Assembly: GCA_036985875.1 (NCBI GenBank)
Contig: BTQM01000001.1
Span: 1-41,583, forward strand
Direction of reading: 5' to 3'
Source: Patescibacteria group bacterium
GTDB lineage: Bacteria; Patescibacteriota; Minisyncoccia; Phycocordibacterales; UBA1539
Length of the DNA: 41,583 nt
Shown: in pieces, positions 33,668 to 41,253 of the stretch
Layout of the letters: each line of letters begins with the position of its first letter
Position numbering within the stretch: position 1 is the stretch's first letter
Position numbers and translations under genes: made by a program
Notes under the pieces: generated by a model
What the model saw: only the letters and a program-made list of their open reading frames with translations
Database searches by the model: none
Told to the model about the DNA's origin: nothing

Positions 33668-33736
33668 GCGGACAGGACTCGAACCTGTGACATCCTCGTT
33701 AACAGCGAGGCGCTCTACCAACTGAGCTACCGCGGA
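33661..33736 (-). tRNA. tRNA-Asn (anticodon GUU), CCA encoded
   Basis: 76 nt, folded by hand. Acceptor stem TCCGCGG/CCGCGGA, D-arm GCTC-AGTTGGTA-GAGC, anticodon arm CCTCG-CTGTTAA-CGAGG, T-arm ACAGG-TTCGAGT-CCTGT, discriminator G, then CCA. Confidence 0.92.
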
Positions 33737-33826
33737 ATGTGTTGTTTTCAATATGCCAACGCATGTATGGTATCAAAAGTATGCGCAAAATGCAAAGTGG
33801 GGAACGACCTTCTTCCGTGACCGACA

Positions 33827-33835
33827 TGTTATACT
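33827..33835 (+). promoter_or_regulatory. extended -10 TGTTATACT, 9 nt upstream of the DUF167 ATG
   Basis: ATGTTATACT-TTGCCCATC-ATG. Confidence 0.4.
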
Positions 33836-33844
33836 TTGCCCATC

Positions 33845-34069
33845 ATGTATATCAAAGTACGGGTGGTTTCTTCGTCAAAAAAGGAACGGATCATGAAAAC
33901 GTCCGATGACGAGTTTGCTGTATACGTCAGGGAGCCGGCGGAGAGAAATCTTGCCAACAAGAGAGTGGTTCGGATGATCGCCGATCATTTCAAGGTTCCT
34001 GCGAGGGGTGTACGGATCGTGACGGGGCATCGTTCGCCGGGGAAAATCCTAGTGGTGGAGAAAGACTGA
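33845..34069 (+). CDS. DUF167 (YggU-like) family protein
   Basis: 74 aa starting from the ATG at 33845. ...VREPAERNLANKRVVRMIADHFKVPARGVRIVTGHRSPGK fits the YggU pattern. Confidence 0.75.
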   Translation: MYIKVRVVSSSKKERIMKTSDDEFAVYVREPAERNLANKRVVRMIADHFKVPARGVRIVTGHRSPGKILVVEKD

Positions 34070-34109
34070 GAACCTGTTTACGCTCGGATAGACAAACAAT
34101 GAATTAAAA

Positions 34110-34142
34110 ATCCGCATTGCCTATAATATAGGCAATGCGGAT
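34110..34142. terminator. bidirectional terminator hairpin between the DUF167 gene and mdh
   Basis: 15-bp perfect stem ATCCGCATTGCCTAT-AAT-ATAGGCAATGCGGAT, flanked by AAAAA on one side and CGTTTT on the other. Confidence 0.8.
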
Positions 34143-34147
34143 CGTTT

Positions 34148-35146
34148 TCAGTCAGAGAGCAGGCCGAGTGCTTCGGCCTCTTTCTTTTCTTCAAGAAGCT
34201 CGTCTAGTGTTGCACGCAGGCGCTCTTTGGTAAATGCGTCCTGCACGATTCCCTGGACGATGCGGCAATTTCCCTTGCTGTCGGAGACGAGCGGGAAAGA
34301 AAAAACGACGTCTTTCGGAATGCCGTAACTCCCGTCGGAGAGTATCCCTGCGGAGAACCATTCTCCGTCGGGCGTTGGCGTTATAATGTGCTTTATATGA
34401 TCCGCTATCGCTTTTGCTGCAGATAGAGCCGATGAATGGCCGGACGTATCGATCACCCTTTTCCCGCGTTCCTGCACCAGCTCAACGAACTCTCCCCGTA
34501 GCCAGCCTGTGTCTATCATCCCTGAAACAAGCTCCCCGTCTATGCGTGCGTGGCTTGCATCGGGATGCATGGTGGGGCTGTGGTTGCCCCATATCGCGAC
34601 ATTGGTTACGCGATGTGCTTCTTCCGCGGAAAGCCCTGCTTTTTTCGCAAGCTGTGCCCGAGCGCGCGTTTCATCGAGCGACGTCATTGCCGCGAAGCGT
34701 TCGACAGGAATCTCGCCCGCTGCAGTGGATGCGATAAGGCAGTTGGTGTTCGCCGGATTTGCGACAACAAGGATGCGCACGTCTTGCGCGGCCTTTACCA
34801 GCGCCTTGCCGTGCTCCTTTGCAATGTCTCCATTTACCTTGAGCAAGTCGCTTCTTTGCATGCCTTTGGTTCGCGGCTTGCCCGCGAGAAAGATCACCCA
34901 ATGTACCCCATTGAAAATGGCGCGTGGGTCATCGCCGATGACAGTGCTTTCAAGAAGAGGGAAGGCGGAATCCTCAAGCTCCATTACGGTACCTTCAAGT
35001 CTTTTCATGCCTCGTGGCATTTCAAGGAGATGTAGCGCGATGCGCCTTTCTTTCCCAAAAACTTCCCCCGAGAGAAGGTGCGGGAGCAGTGCGGACGCGA
35101 TCTGTCCTCCTGCGCCTGTTATGGCAACGCGAATCGTCTCTTTCAT
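34148..35146 (-). CDS. mdh: malate dehydrogenase (cytosolic-type / LDH-like MDH family 2)
   Basis: 332 aa. RVAITGAGGQIASALL N-terminus, VVANPANTNCLIA, WGNHSPTMHPD motifs. AGGAGAA Shine-Dalgarno sequence. Confidence 0.9.
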   Translation of the reverse strand: MKETIRVAITGAGGQIASALLPHLLSGEVFGKERRIALHLLEMPRGMKRLEGTVMELEDSAFPLLESTVIGDDPRAIFNGVHWVIFLAGKPRTKGMQRSDLLKVNGDIAKEHGKALVKAAQDVRILVVANPANTNCLIASTAAGEIPVERFAAMTSLDETRARAQLAKKAGLSAEEAHRVTNVAIWGNHSPTMHPDASHARIDGELVSGMIDTGWLRGEFVELVQERGKRVIDTSGHSSALSAAKAIADHIKHIITPTPDGEWFSAGILSDGSYGIPKDVVFSFPLVSDSKGNCRIVQGIVQDAFTKERLRATLDELLEEKKEAEALGLLSD

Positions 35147-35338
35147 GTCGGTTCTCCTACTATTGCGATTGTGTTGTAATCTGCCTTTGTACTATCATAG
35201 AAAGACGAGGCTTGCAACATTGTCGCATGTGTCAATGTGTGAAAGCCGTACCGTGCTAGCACTATTGTGGTGAGAGTGTAATGTCTTAGGTCAAATGTGC
35301 GTGTGGATAAAGAATAGGTAGTGCGGCGATACGCATTT

Positions 35339-35347
35339 TGGTATAAT
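35339..35347 (+). promoter_or_regulatory. extended -10 TGGTATAAT, 7 nt upstream of the hpf ATG (leaderless candidate)
   Basis: TTTTGGTATAAT-TGGGGTG-ATGAAAAAT. Confidence 0.5.
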
Positions 35348-35354
35348 TGGGGTG

Positions 35355-35726
35355 ATGAAAAATATTAACGTAAAAGCGACAAATATAGAGCTTACTCCCG
35401 CTATTTCGGCATATGTGGAGGAGAGGGTGAAAGCGTTGGATAAATTTATTGTTGCCAAGGACCCAGACAGTGTCTTGGCAAACGTGGAAGTAGGGAAGGT
35501 CACTCAACATCACCGCTCCGGCGATATTTTTCGCGCGGAGATCAATCTGCACATCGGAGGGGAATACTTCAGAGCCGTTTCTGAGAAAGACGATTTATAT
35601 GCTGCGATCGATGAAATGAGGGACGAAATTGTGAGGGAAATAACATCATACAAAAAGAAAAAAAGAGATTTGCTTAGGAAAGGAAGTGCGAAGATCAAAA
35701 AATTATTAAAAGGTATTAGAAAATAA
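35355..35726 (+). CDS. hpf: ribosome hibernation-promoting factor / RaiA family
   Basis: MKNINVKATNIELTPAISAYVEERV N-terminus and the beta-alpha-beta-beta-beta-alpha sigma-54 modulation protein pattern, with a basic tail. Confidence 0.85.
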   Translation: MKNINVKATNIELTPAISAYVEERVKALDKFIVAKDPDSVLANVEVGKVTQHHRSGDIFRAEINLHIGGEYFRAVSEKDDLYAAIDEMRDEIVREITSYKKKKRDLLRKGSAKIKKLLKGIRK

Positions 35727-35735
35727 ACAGACACC

Positions 35736-36359
35736 GTGGGAGGATCATTAAACAAAATTTATTGGGTTATTTTCATCGCGGCGTTGATTGGAACAACGTT
35801 TTCCCTATTGGATATTATAAATAACATGAACATCGAAAACCCTATTAGCAATAGCAGCAGTGCGGCAAGCACAAAAGAGATAGCGATCATCACCACCGGC
35901 TTGGGTGTGATCGAAGTTGAGCTGTTGCGCGACAAAGCTCCCAAGACTGTGGACAATTTTATAACTCTCGCGCAAAAAGGATTTTACGACGGCACGAAGT
36001 TTCACCGCGTGATCAAGGACTTCATGATACAGGGAGGGGACCCGCTTTCAAAGGACGATGCGCTTAAAGACCGGTGGGGGACCGGCGGTCCGGGATATGC
36101 GTTTGAAGACGAGTCCAACGATGAGAAAGTTGTGCGTGGCGCCCTAGCGATGGCAAACGCGGGTCCGGACACCAACGGAAGCCAGTTTTTTATTGTGACG
36201 ATCAAGTCGGCGCCGTGGCTTGACGGCAAGCATACTGTGTTCGGAAAAGTCTTGTCGGGGATGGATGTTGTGGACGCGATCGAAAGTGTGAAAACAGAAG
36301 GACCGGATAGACCTGTGGAGCCGGTGGTGATAGAGAGCGTGACCATAAAATTAAAATAA
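35736..36359 (+). CDS. membrane-anchored cyclophilin-type peptidyl-prolyl cis-trans isomerase
   Basis: N-terminal TM segment. [34 protein letters not shown] and HTVFGKV motifs. A GTG start at 35736 is assumed. Confidence 0.88.
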   Translation: MGGSLNKIYWVIFIAALIGTTFSLLDIINNMNIENPISNSSSAASTKEIAIITTGLGVIEVELLRDKAPKTVDNFITLAQKGFYDGTKFHRVIKDFMIQGGDPLSKDDALKDRWGTGGPGYAFEDESNDEKVVRGALAMANAGPDTNGSQFFIVTIKSAPWLDGKHTVFGKVLSGMDVVDAIESVKTEGPDRPVEPVVIESVTIKLK

Positions 36360-36397
36360 TTTTCTCTAAATTGTACCATGGTATCAAAAAGAGAAAA
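36360..36397. repeat. palindrome P2' (intact left arm, degenerate right arm) overlapping the start codon of the PaaX/Cas2-fold gene
   Basis: TTTTCTCTAAATTGTACCATGGTA at 36360-36383 is identical to 36967-36990. The right arm TCAAAAAGAGAAAA matches only partly. Confidence 0.85.
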
Positions 36398-36962
36398 AAA
36401 TATGCGCAAAAAAGACATGCTGGATATCAGCACACCAAAAGATGTTCTTATCACACTTGCAATGATCGGCGGCGCTGCGGCAGCGGTTGCCGTGACACCC
36501 GCAATCCTTGCACCTGCGGTTTTAATAAAAGTGATGCAAGACAAGAAAAAGCGCGCGAAATACGTAAAATCCGCGCATTATTTGAAAAGCAAAGGGCTGG
36601 CGCGCTTTTTGCCGGAACAGCGGAAAATAACACTTACCCGAAAAGGGACAGAGAAGGCACTTCTGCATTCATTGAAAAAACGCGCCGCCTTGAGCCAAAA
36701 GCGAAAATGGGACAAGGAATGGCGTGTTCTTATTTATGACATCGAGGCTTCAGAGCGCGCCAAGCGGAATGCAATTCGCCACATGATACAGCGCATGGGG
36801 ATGGTGCCACTTCAGAAAAGCGTGTGGGTATACCCCTTTGACTGCGAGGAAGAAATAAAATTGCTCAGAGAATGCTTTCATCTTGATGATCACCGCCTTC
36901 GTCTCCTGTACGTACGCAAACTCGGCAACGACAATGCCTTGAAAAGACATTTCAAACTATAA
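36378..36962 (+). CDS. membrane-anchored protein with a PaaX-C / Cas2-like ferredoxin-fold C-terminal domain
   Basis: 194 aa. Hydrophobic Ala-rich segment near the N-terminus. The C-terminal KWDKEWRVLIYDIEASERAKRNAIRHMIQRMGMVPLQKSVWVYPFDCEEE fits the PaaX_C/Cas2-like pattern. Family assignment was made from memory. Confidence 0.65.
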   Translation: MVSKREKNMRKKDMLDISTPKDVLITLAMIGGAAAAVAVTPAILAPAVLIKVMQDKKKRAKYVKSAHYLKSKGLARFLPEQRKITLTRKGTEKALLHSLKKRAALSQKRKWDKEWRVLIYDIEASERAKRNAIRHMIQRMGMVPLQKSVWVYPFDCEEEIKLLRECFHLDDHRLRLLYVRKLGNDNALKRHFKL

Positions 36963-36966
36963 CCCC

Positions 36967-37004
36967 TTTTCTCTAAATTGTACCATGGTACAATTTAGAG
37001 AAAA
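36967..37004. repeat. perfect 38-bp palindrome P2 (TTTTCTCTAAATTGTACC-AT-GGTACAATTTAGAGAAAA)
   Basis: Read directly, 4 nt after the stop of the PaaX/Cas2-fold gene. Each strand reads TGGTACAAT outward. Confidence 0.95.
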
Positions 37005-37049
37005 AGAGGCGAATGAGTTACACAAGAAATGATTTTGAGGTAAACAAAT

Positions 37050-37075
37050 AGCCGCCCTAGTATGGACGGCTTTTT
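37050..37075. terminator. terminator hairpin (probably bidirectional)
   Basis: AGCCGCC-CTAGTAT-GGACGGCT with one bulge, followed by TTTTT. The minus-strand reading is followed by TATTTGTTT. Confidence 0.6.
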
Positions 37076-37094
37076 GAATATATGTCGGACTGCT

Positions 37095-37364
37095 TTAGAA
37101 AACCCTGTGTCCGAATTTTCCGTTCATAAACTCATTGTATACGATACCAACAAGAAGATAGGCTCCGACACCGCACATTACTGCAAGCCACGACCACCCT
37201 ATTGCCACCGGAATAATGAGAAAGGGAACAGTGAGCGCCGTAAGGCCTATTGCGATAAATACGATAGTCATACCTTGGCAGTATTCTCCTGAATCATCCA
37301 CCTCAGCAAACGCCAAGATAAACCAAACGATCCAACGTCGCACGAAAGAATAAGTTTTTTTCAT
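37095..37364 (-). CDS. small integral membrane protein (3 predicted TM segments), function unknown
   Basis: 89 aa. GGAGAGGAG Shine-Dalgarno sequence upstream. Hydrophobic segments IVWFILAF, IVFIAIGLTALTV, LAVMCGVGAYLLVGIV. Confidence 0.6.
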   Translation of the reverse strand: MKKTYSFVRRWIVWFILAFAEVDDSGEYCQGMTIVFIAIGLTALTVPFLIIPVAIGWSWLAVMCGVGAYLLVGIVYNEFMNGKFGHRVF

Positions 37365-37412
37365 AACGAAACTCCTCTCCTGTCCTGCACTTTGATACTG
37401 AATATGTATATA

Positions 37413-38264
37413 TCATAGAAGAGATTTTCTGTACACCACCTCCTTCTTTCCCTCCGGAATTACTTTTTTTATTATGAATTCACCGTCTTTGAACTCCGCG
37501 TCGGTGATCTTGACGCGTGCTCCATTTTCGGTGAAAAAATAAGTTCCTGGCCAGCCGCGGTATGCGCGAAATTTACGCCAGTTTGTTTTGGGGTCGTCAG
37601 AGAGGTCAATGAGTCCGTCCCCTTTTACGATCTTTTTGGTATAGGTCGCCAGCGCATGATCCTGTGGAGTAGCTTTAATTTCTCCGTCAATCAATTTGGG
37701 AATGATATCGGCAAGTAATTGCCCACCCAAGCGGAAAAGTTTTTCACCCAACTCCTCCTTGTTTTGGTCTCCGATCGTAAGTGTCCGGCTTTCCAGTATC
37801 GGCCCGTGGTCCATCTCTTCGTCAACGAGCATGATGGCAATACCCGTCTCTTCATCGCCGGAGAGAATAGCTGATTCAATAGGGGATGGACCTCGATATT
37901 TTGGAAGGAGAGACGGATGTACATTGAGCGTTCCATGCTCCGGAATGTCCAGAATTTCTTTCGGAAGTATTTTCCCGTATGCCGCAACGATGAACAACTT
38001 GTAACTTGCAACCTGTAACTTGTAACGAAATTCATCGTCAAGTTTTTCAGGCTGCAGGACTGGGATGCTGTGTTTTTCCGCCCATACTTTCACCGGCGGG
38101 GGGGTGAGCGTGAGTTTTCGCCCCGCAGGGCGATCCGGCGCGGTAACCACCAAAGAGGGCACCAGTCCAATGTTTTCTAGTTCTTCCAAGACATACACCG
38201 CAAATTGCGGCGTGCCGAAGAAAACAATGTTGTGTTGTGTGCGGTGTGCGGCAGCCATGTGCAT
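37413..38264 (-). CDS. fmt: methionyl-tRNA formyltransferase
   Basis: IVFFGTPQFAV, AAYGKILP and HPSLLPKYRGPSPI motifs. Lies directly downstream of def. Confidence 0.9.
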   Translation of the reverse strand: MHMAAAHRTQHNIVFFGTPQFAVYVLEELENIGLVPSLVVTAPDRPAGRKLTLTPPPVKVWAEKHSIPVLQPEKLDDEFRYKLQVASYKLFIVAAYGKILPKEILDIPEHGTLNVHPSLLPKYRGPSPIESAILSGDEETGIAIMLVDEEMDHGPILESRTLTIGDQNKEELGEKLFRLGGQLLADIIPKLIDGEIKATPQDHALATYTKKIVKGDGLIDLSDDPKTNWRKFRAYRGWPGTYFFTENGARVKITDAEFKDGEFIIKKVIPEGKKEVVYRKSLL

Positions 38265-38269
38265 ATAAA

Positions 38270-38851
38270 TTATAATTGAGGCCTGTCTGCGTGCGGAGAC
38301 GCACAGGCAGGCGTGTCCTCCGCGTGATGTTCATCCGGCAAAACTTCCTGCACATTTCTTGCCTTATCGATGAACAGAGTGCCGTCTAGGTGATCTGTTT
38401 CGTGCTGAAAAATTTGCGCGAGAAGCCCTCCCGCGCCGCGCGTGAATACATTGCCGTCCTCGTCGTATGCTTTGATCGTTAGCTGTTCCGCTCGTTCTAC
38501 TTCTCCATAGAGCCACCTTACGGAGAGGCATCCCTCGTCCACCCACGCCGTTTTCTTTGAATGCTTGACGATCTCTGGGTTTATAAATACCAAGTCCTTC
38601 ACAATCTGTTTTTCACGTTGTTGCCCGTCTTTATTACCATGTCTCTCAAAAACTTTTTTTGAGACTATGAATATCCGCAACGATACCCCTATCTGTGGCG
38701 CGGCGATGGCTACTCCGTCGTCTTGGGAGTCCATGGCTTCCTTCATGTCTTTCAGCACTTTTTTTATTTTCGCACTCGTAATATCCCCAAGTGGGACCGC
38801 TTTTGACTGCTCCCTCAGCACCTCATGTTCTTTTTGGATGATCTCTTTCAT
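38270..38851 (-). CDS. def: peptide deformylase
   Basis: Start at MKEIIQKEH (38851), overlapping the PHP gene stop (ATGA). Motifs GVAIAAPQIG, EGCLS and HETDHLDG. Roughly 25-aa non-conserved C-terminal tail. Confidence 0.9.
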   Translation of the reverse strand: MKEIIQKEHEVLREQSKAVPLGDITSAKIKKVLKDMKEAMDSQDDGVAIAAPQIGVSLRIFIVSKKVFERHGNKDGQQREKQIVKDLVFINPEIVKHSKKTAWVDEGCLSVRWLYGEVERAEQLTIKAYDEDGNVFTRGAGGLLAQIFQHETDHLDGTLFIDKARNVQEVLPDEHHAEDTPACASPHADRPQL

Positions 38852-39573
38852 TTTGTATATTTTAACAGGATTCGGAGTTTTTTTCGTATGGCGTCTACAA
38901 GAGAAAATATGCCAAATTTCCATGCCATCATTAGAGCGCTTCGCGGATGTGTGATATTTTGAAAGCGATTTTCTTTTATCGCCCGAAACACCGCTTCGGG
39001 CGTTTTTTCTTCCGCTTCAATGACGGCGTAGTTTTCATCAAAGAAATCAAAAAAGTGCGTGTCAGAGGTAGCGATAAAAGGCATATTGTGTTTTTTCGCT
39101 ACCTCACGCGCTTTTTTATTGCGGTTGAAAAATTTTGAATAAAACCACGAGTGCTCAATGGCATCAAAAAGCCGAATGTGCGGCTCAAGATGTTCATGAA
39201 GACTGAAGTTGCCGTAAAAATAGGGATGTGGGGCAAGAATGAAAATTTCTGGATGCTCCCGCCTATATTTTTCCAGTTCGGAAAATGTTTTTACCTCTTC
39301 AATATCCTTTCTACAGTTTAATACAATGACATGTCTCTCAACGTCGCTTGAATTGCAACGAATGTATGCTTCTATGCCGGAAATGAGCAAGACGCCTTTC
39401 TCCGCCGCGTATGACACATCTGTGTCGGTCGCGACTACGCTTCCGTGGCATGTAACCGCAAGCACCTCAAACCCGAGCTTTGCCGCACGGTCAATTCCCT
39501 CTCGTAGGGTATAGGCAAGCGCGTGTTGCCTGTCTTCGGAGGTATGAAAATGAAGGTTTGTCTTAAGACTCAT
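38848..39573 (-). CDS. PHP-domain (polymerase/histidinol-phosphatase-like) metal-dependent phosphoesterase
   Basis: NLHFHTSEDRQHA N-terminal His cluster, with later APHPY and SDTHF motifs. ATG taken at 39573. Confidence 0.7.
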   Translation of the reverse strand: MSLKTNLHFHTSEDRQHALAYTLREGIDRAAKLGFEVLAVTCHGSVVATDTDVSYAAEKGVLLISGIEAYIRCNSSDVERHVIVLNCRKDIEEVKTFSELEKYRREHPEIFILAPHPYFYGNFSLHEHLEPHIRLFDAIEHSWFYSKFFNRNKKAREVAKKHNMPFIATSDTHFFDFFDENYAVIEAEEKTPEAVFRAIKENRFQNITHPRSALMMAWKFGIFSLVDAIRKKLRILLKYTK

Positions 39574-39616
39574 GGATAACGATGTACACTGTTGCGGGGA
39601 CAAGGATGTGTATCAC

Positions 39617-39625
39617 ACTATACCA
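39617..39625 (-). promoter_or_regulatory. extended -10 TGGTATAGT upstream of the PHP-def-fmt operon
   Basis: Minus strand reads TTTTTTATGGTATAGTGTGATAC, directly after the upstream terminator. Confidence 0.4.
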
Positions 39626-39657
39626 TAAAAAAGACGCCCCGGATGATCGGGGCGTCT
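39626..39657 (-). terminator. rho-independent terminator
   Basis: Minus strand reads AGACGCCCCG-ATCATC-CGGGGCGTCT followed by TTTTTT. Confidence 0.9.
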
Positions 39658-39688
39658 GTGCGGTGCGTGGTGTTTGACTGTCCCCACA

Positions 39689-40285
39689 TCATTTCTTTGA
39701 CATAACTTGCGTTAGGATGAAGTTTGCAACGCTGGCAAAGGCGATCACCCAGACAAGCGCGACGATCGATATAAACTCCATTCCGAACCAATATTCCTGT
39801 AGAAGGAATATCCCCATACATACGAGGGTCACTGCCTGCCGCATCTTTCCGATCGTGTGTACCCGAGATACATTCTTTTTCGTAAATCCTCGCACGTCTT
39901 GTACGAGGATACAGAGTTCACACACGACTGCGAGCAACAGTGGTATGATAAATAACATCACGTCTTTCGCGTACAGTAAGTTTACAAGTACTGCAAGGGC
40001 AAGTATTTTGTCTCTCAAGGGGTCAATGAACTTGCCTAAACGGCTGTGTTGATCAAGCCGGCGGGCGAGAAAGCCATCAAGTAGATCGCTCAATCCGATG
40101 ATAGAAACGGTTATGGGAATAAACCAAGCGTAGCTTTGTGTCGTAAATTGGTACACATAAATTCCCGTACCGACGATTCCCATGGTGGTAACAATGTTTG
40201 GCCACGTTAGGATGTCGTTTCCTACCTTGATGTGCCTGTCTTCTACAAAGAATTCATTCCAAAGTGCGCGAAACTGTTTGTACAT
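39689..40285 (-). CDS. CDP-alcohol phosphatidyltransferase (PgsA-like)
   Basis: DLLDGFLARRLDQHSRLGKFIDPLRDKI matches D-x2-DG-x2-AR-x8-G-x3-D-x3-D. Polytopic. GAGAGG Shine-Dalgarno sequence. Confidence 0.85.
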   Translation of the reverse strand: MYKQFRALWNEFFVEDRHIKVGNDILTWPNIVTTMGIVGTGIYVYQFTTQSYAWFIPITVSIIGLSDLLDGFLARRLDQHSRLGKFIDPLRDKILALAVLVNLLYAKDVMLFIIPLLLAVVCELCILVQDVRGFTKKNVSRVHTIGKMRQAVTLVCMGIFLLQEYWFGMEFISIVALVWVIAFASVANFILTQVMSKK

Positions 40286-40461
40286 GATGCACCTCTCTGA
40301 AGAATTTTTCTATATATTAGGATACATGACGCAGTATAGATAAGTCAATAAATATATGTCCGTTGGGCAGAGATCAGAGTAATGCCCAACTCACGATAAG
40401 GCGGGGACGGAACTCTTCGGAACTACCAAACGGAACAGAAGCGAAGGTTTCTTACACACAC

Positions 40462-40490
40462 AAAAAGGCCGTCAACGAAAGTTGACGGCC
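40462..40490 (-). terminator. rho-independent terminator
   Basis: Minus strand reads GGCCGTCAAC-TTTC-GTTGACGGCC followed by TTTTT. Confidence 0.9.
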
Positions 40491-40532
40491 CAAAATCAGG
40501 ATCTTTGGAAACAACGGCTATTCTGTTGGCAG

Positions 40533-41123
40533 TCACCTCCATAATTTTCGGATCGCAGGCTTTATATACAGATCAAAGATACGGCACAAGCCAAAGACGA
40601 TACCAAGGACCAGACTGGCGCCCAGGCCAAAACCCAAACCAAAAACCAGAATAAAAACTACGCCAAAGACCAGACTAAAGCCCAGACCAGCGGCTAGGCT
40701 AAATCCTAGACCAGAGTCCAAGCCAAAGATCATACTAATGATCAGACTAAAGATCAGAATAAAACCCAGACTATGGATCAGACCAAAGCCCAAACCAAAA
40801 ACCAGACCAGAGATCAGACTGAATCCCAAACCAAATATTAGACCAAAAGCCAGACTGACGATCACCTCATCACGTTTTGCCTCCAAGGAGGTAAGAAGAA
40901 GGACGAGAACAATAGAATAAATCGGTCCCAACAGGATGTCCCACCAGCGCGATATTTCAAATGGGAGTGTGTATGCCAAACCTTTTGCTATGTGTATCTC
41001 ATGAACAACCGGAACACTCCCGTTCATGAAATACCATACTGCCCAAAAAAGAGCGATCGCTACGGCGCTTGCCACTGACCACCGTACCGTGAACTTCACT
41101 TGCCTTTCCGTCAACATTAACAT
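40533..41123 (-). CDS. membrane protein with an extended [G/S]-L-x-F tetrad (glycine-zipper-like) repeat
   Basis: 196 aa. GAGAGG Shine-Dalgarno sequence and a downstream terminator. The N-terminal 90 aa contain 2-3 TM segments, followed by about 22 four-residue repeats. Confidence 0.7.
   Translation of the reverse strand: MLMLTERQVKFTVRWSVASAVAIALFWAVWYFMNGSVPVVHEIHIAKGLAYTLPFEISRWWDILLGPIYSIVLVLLLTSLEAKRDEVIVSLAFGLIFGLGFSLISGLVFGLGFGLIHSLGFILIFSLIISMIFGLDSGLGFSLAAGLGFSLVFGVVFILVFGLGFGLGASLVLGIVFGLCRIFDLYIKPAIRKLWR
40581..40856 (-). repeat. 12-nt-period coding repeat (CAGACCAAAGCC-like units on the plus strand)
   Basis: Encodes SLAF GLIF GLGF SLIS GLVF GLGF GLIH SLGF ILIF SLII SMIF GLDS GLGF SLAA GLGF SLVF GVVF ILVF GLGF GLGA SLVL GIVF. 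Confidence 0.85.
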
Positions 41124-41253
41124 TCCACACCTCTCTTGTTGGCGTGATGTAAAGGAACTTGTACTGGCTCAAGACTAGTATACTATCCGGTTTATATCAA
41201 GGTTTACGGTTGTATATTCCTTTGCAATTTGTTGTCTCTACCGCTCGTTACTT

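Noticed and set aside
34509-35273. 254-aa and 161-aa plus-strand ORFs opposite mdh. Similar long antisense ORFs occur at 551-982, 4093-4647, 9355-9891, 11095-11655, 21601-22269 and 36002-36544.
   Set aside because: Each lies entirely opposite a gene with clear family motifs. None has a motif or a ribosome-binding site. These are typical GC-rich-frame shadows.
37985-38030. A short direct repeat (ACAAGTTACA twice) inside fmt, encoding YKLQVASYKL.
   Set aside because: It lies in-frame within a variable loop of a well-supported gene. It is too short to indicate anything beyond local slippage.
40738-40920. A plus-strand ORF encoding a KPKPK/IRPK repeat.
   Set aside because: It is the mirror image of the 12-nt coding repeat of the minus-strand membrane protein. 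That protein has a Shine-Dalgarno sequence, an N-terminal TM domain and a terminator.
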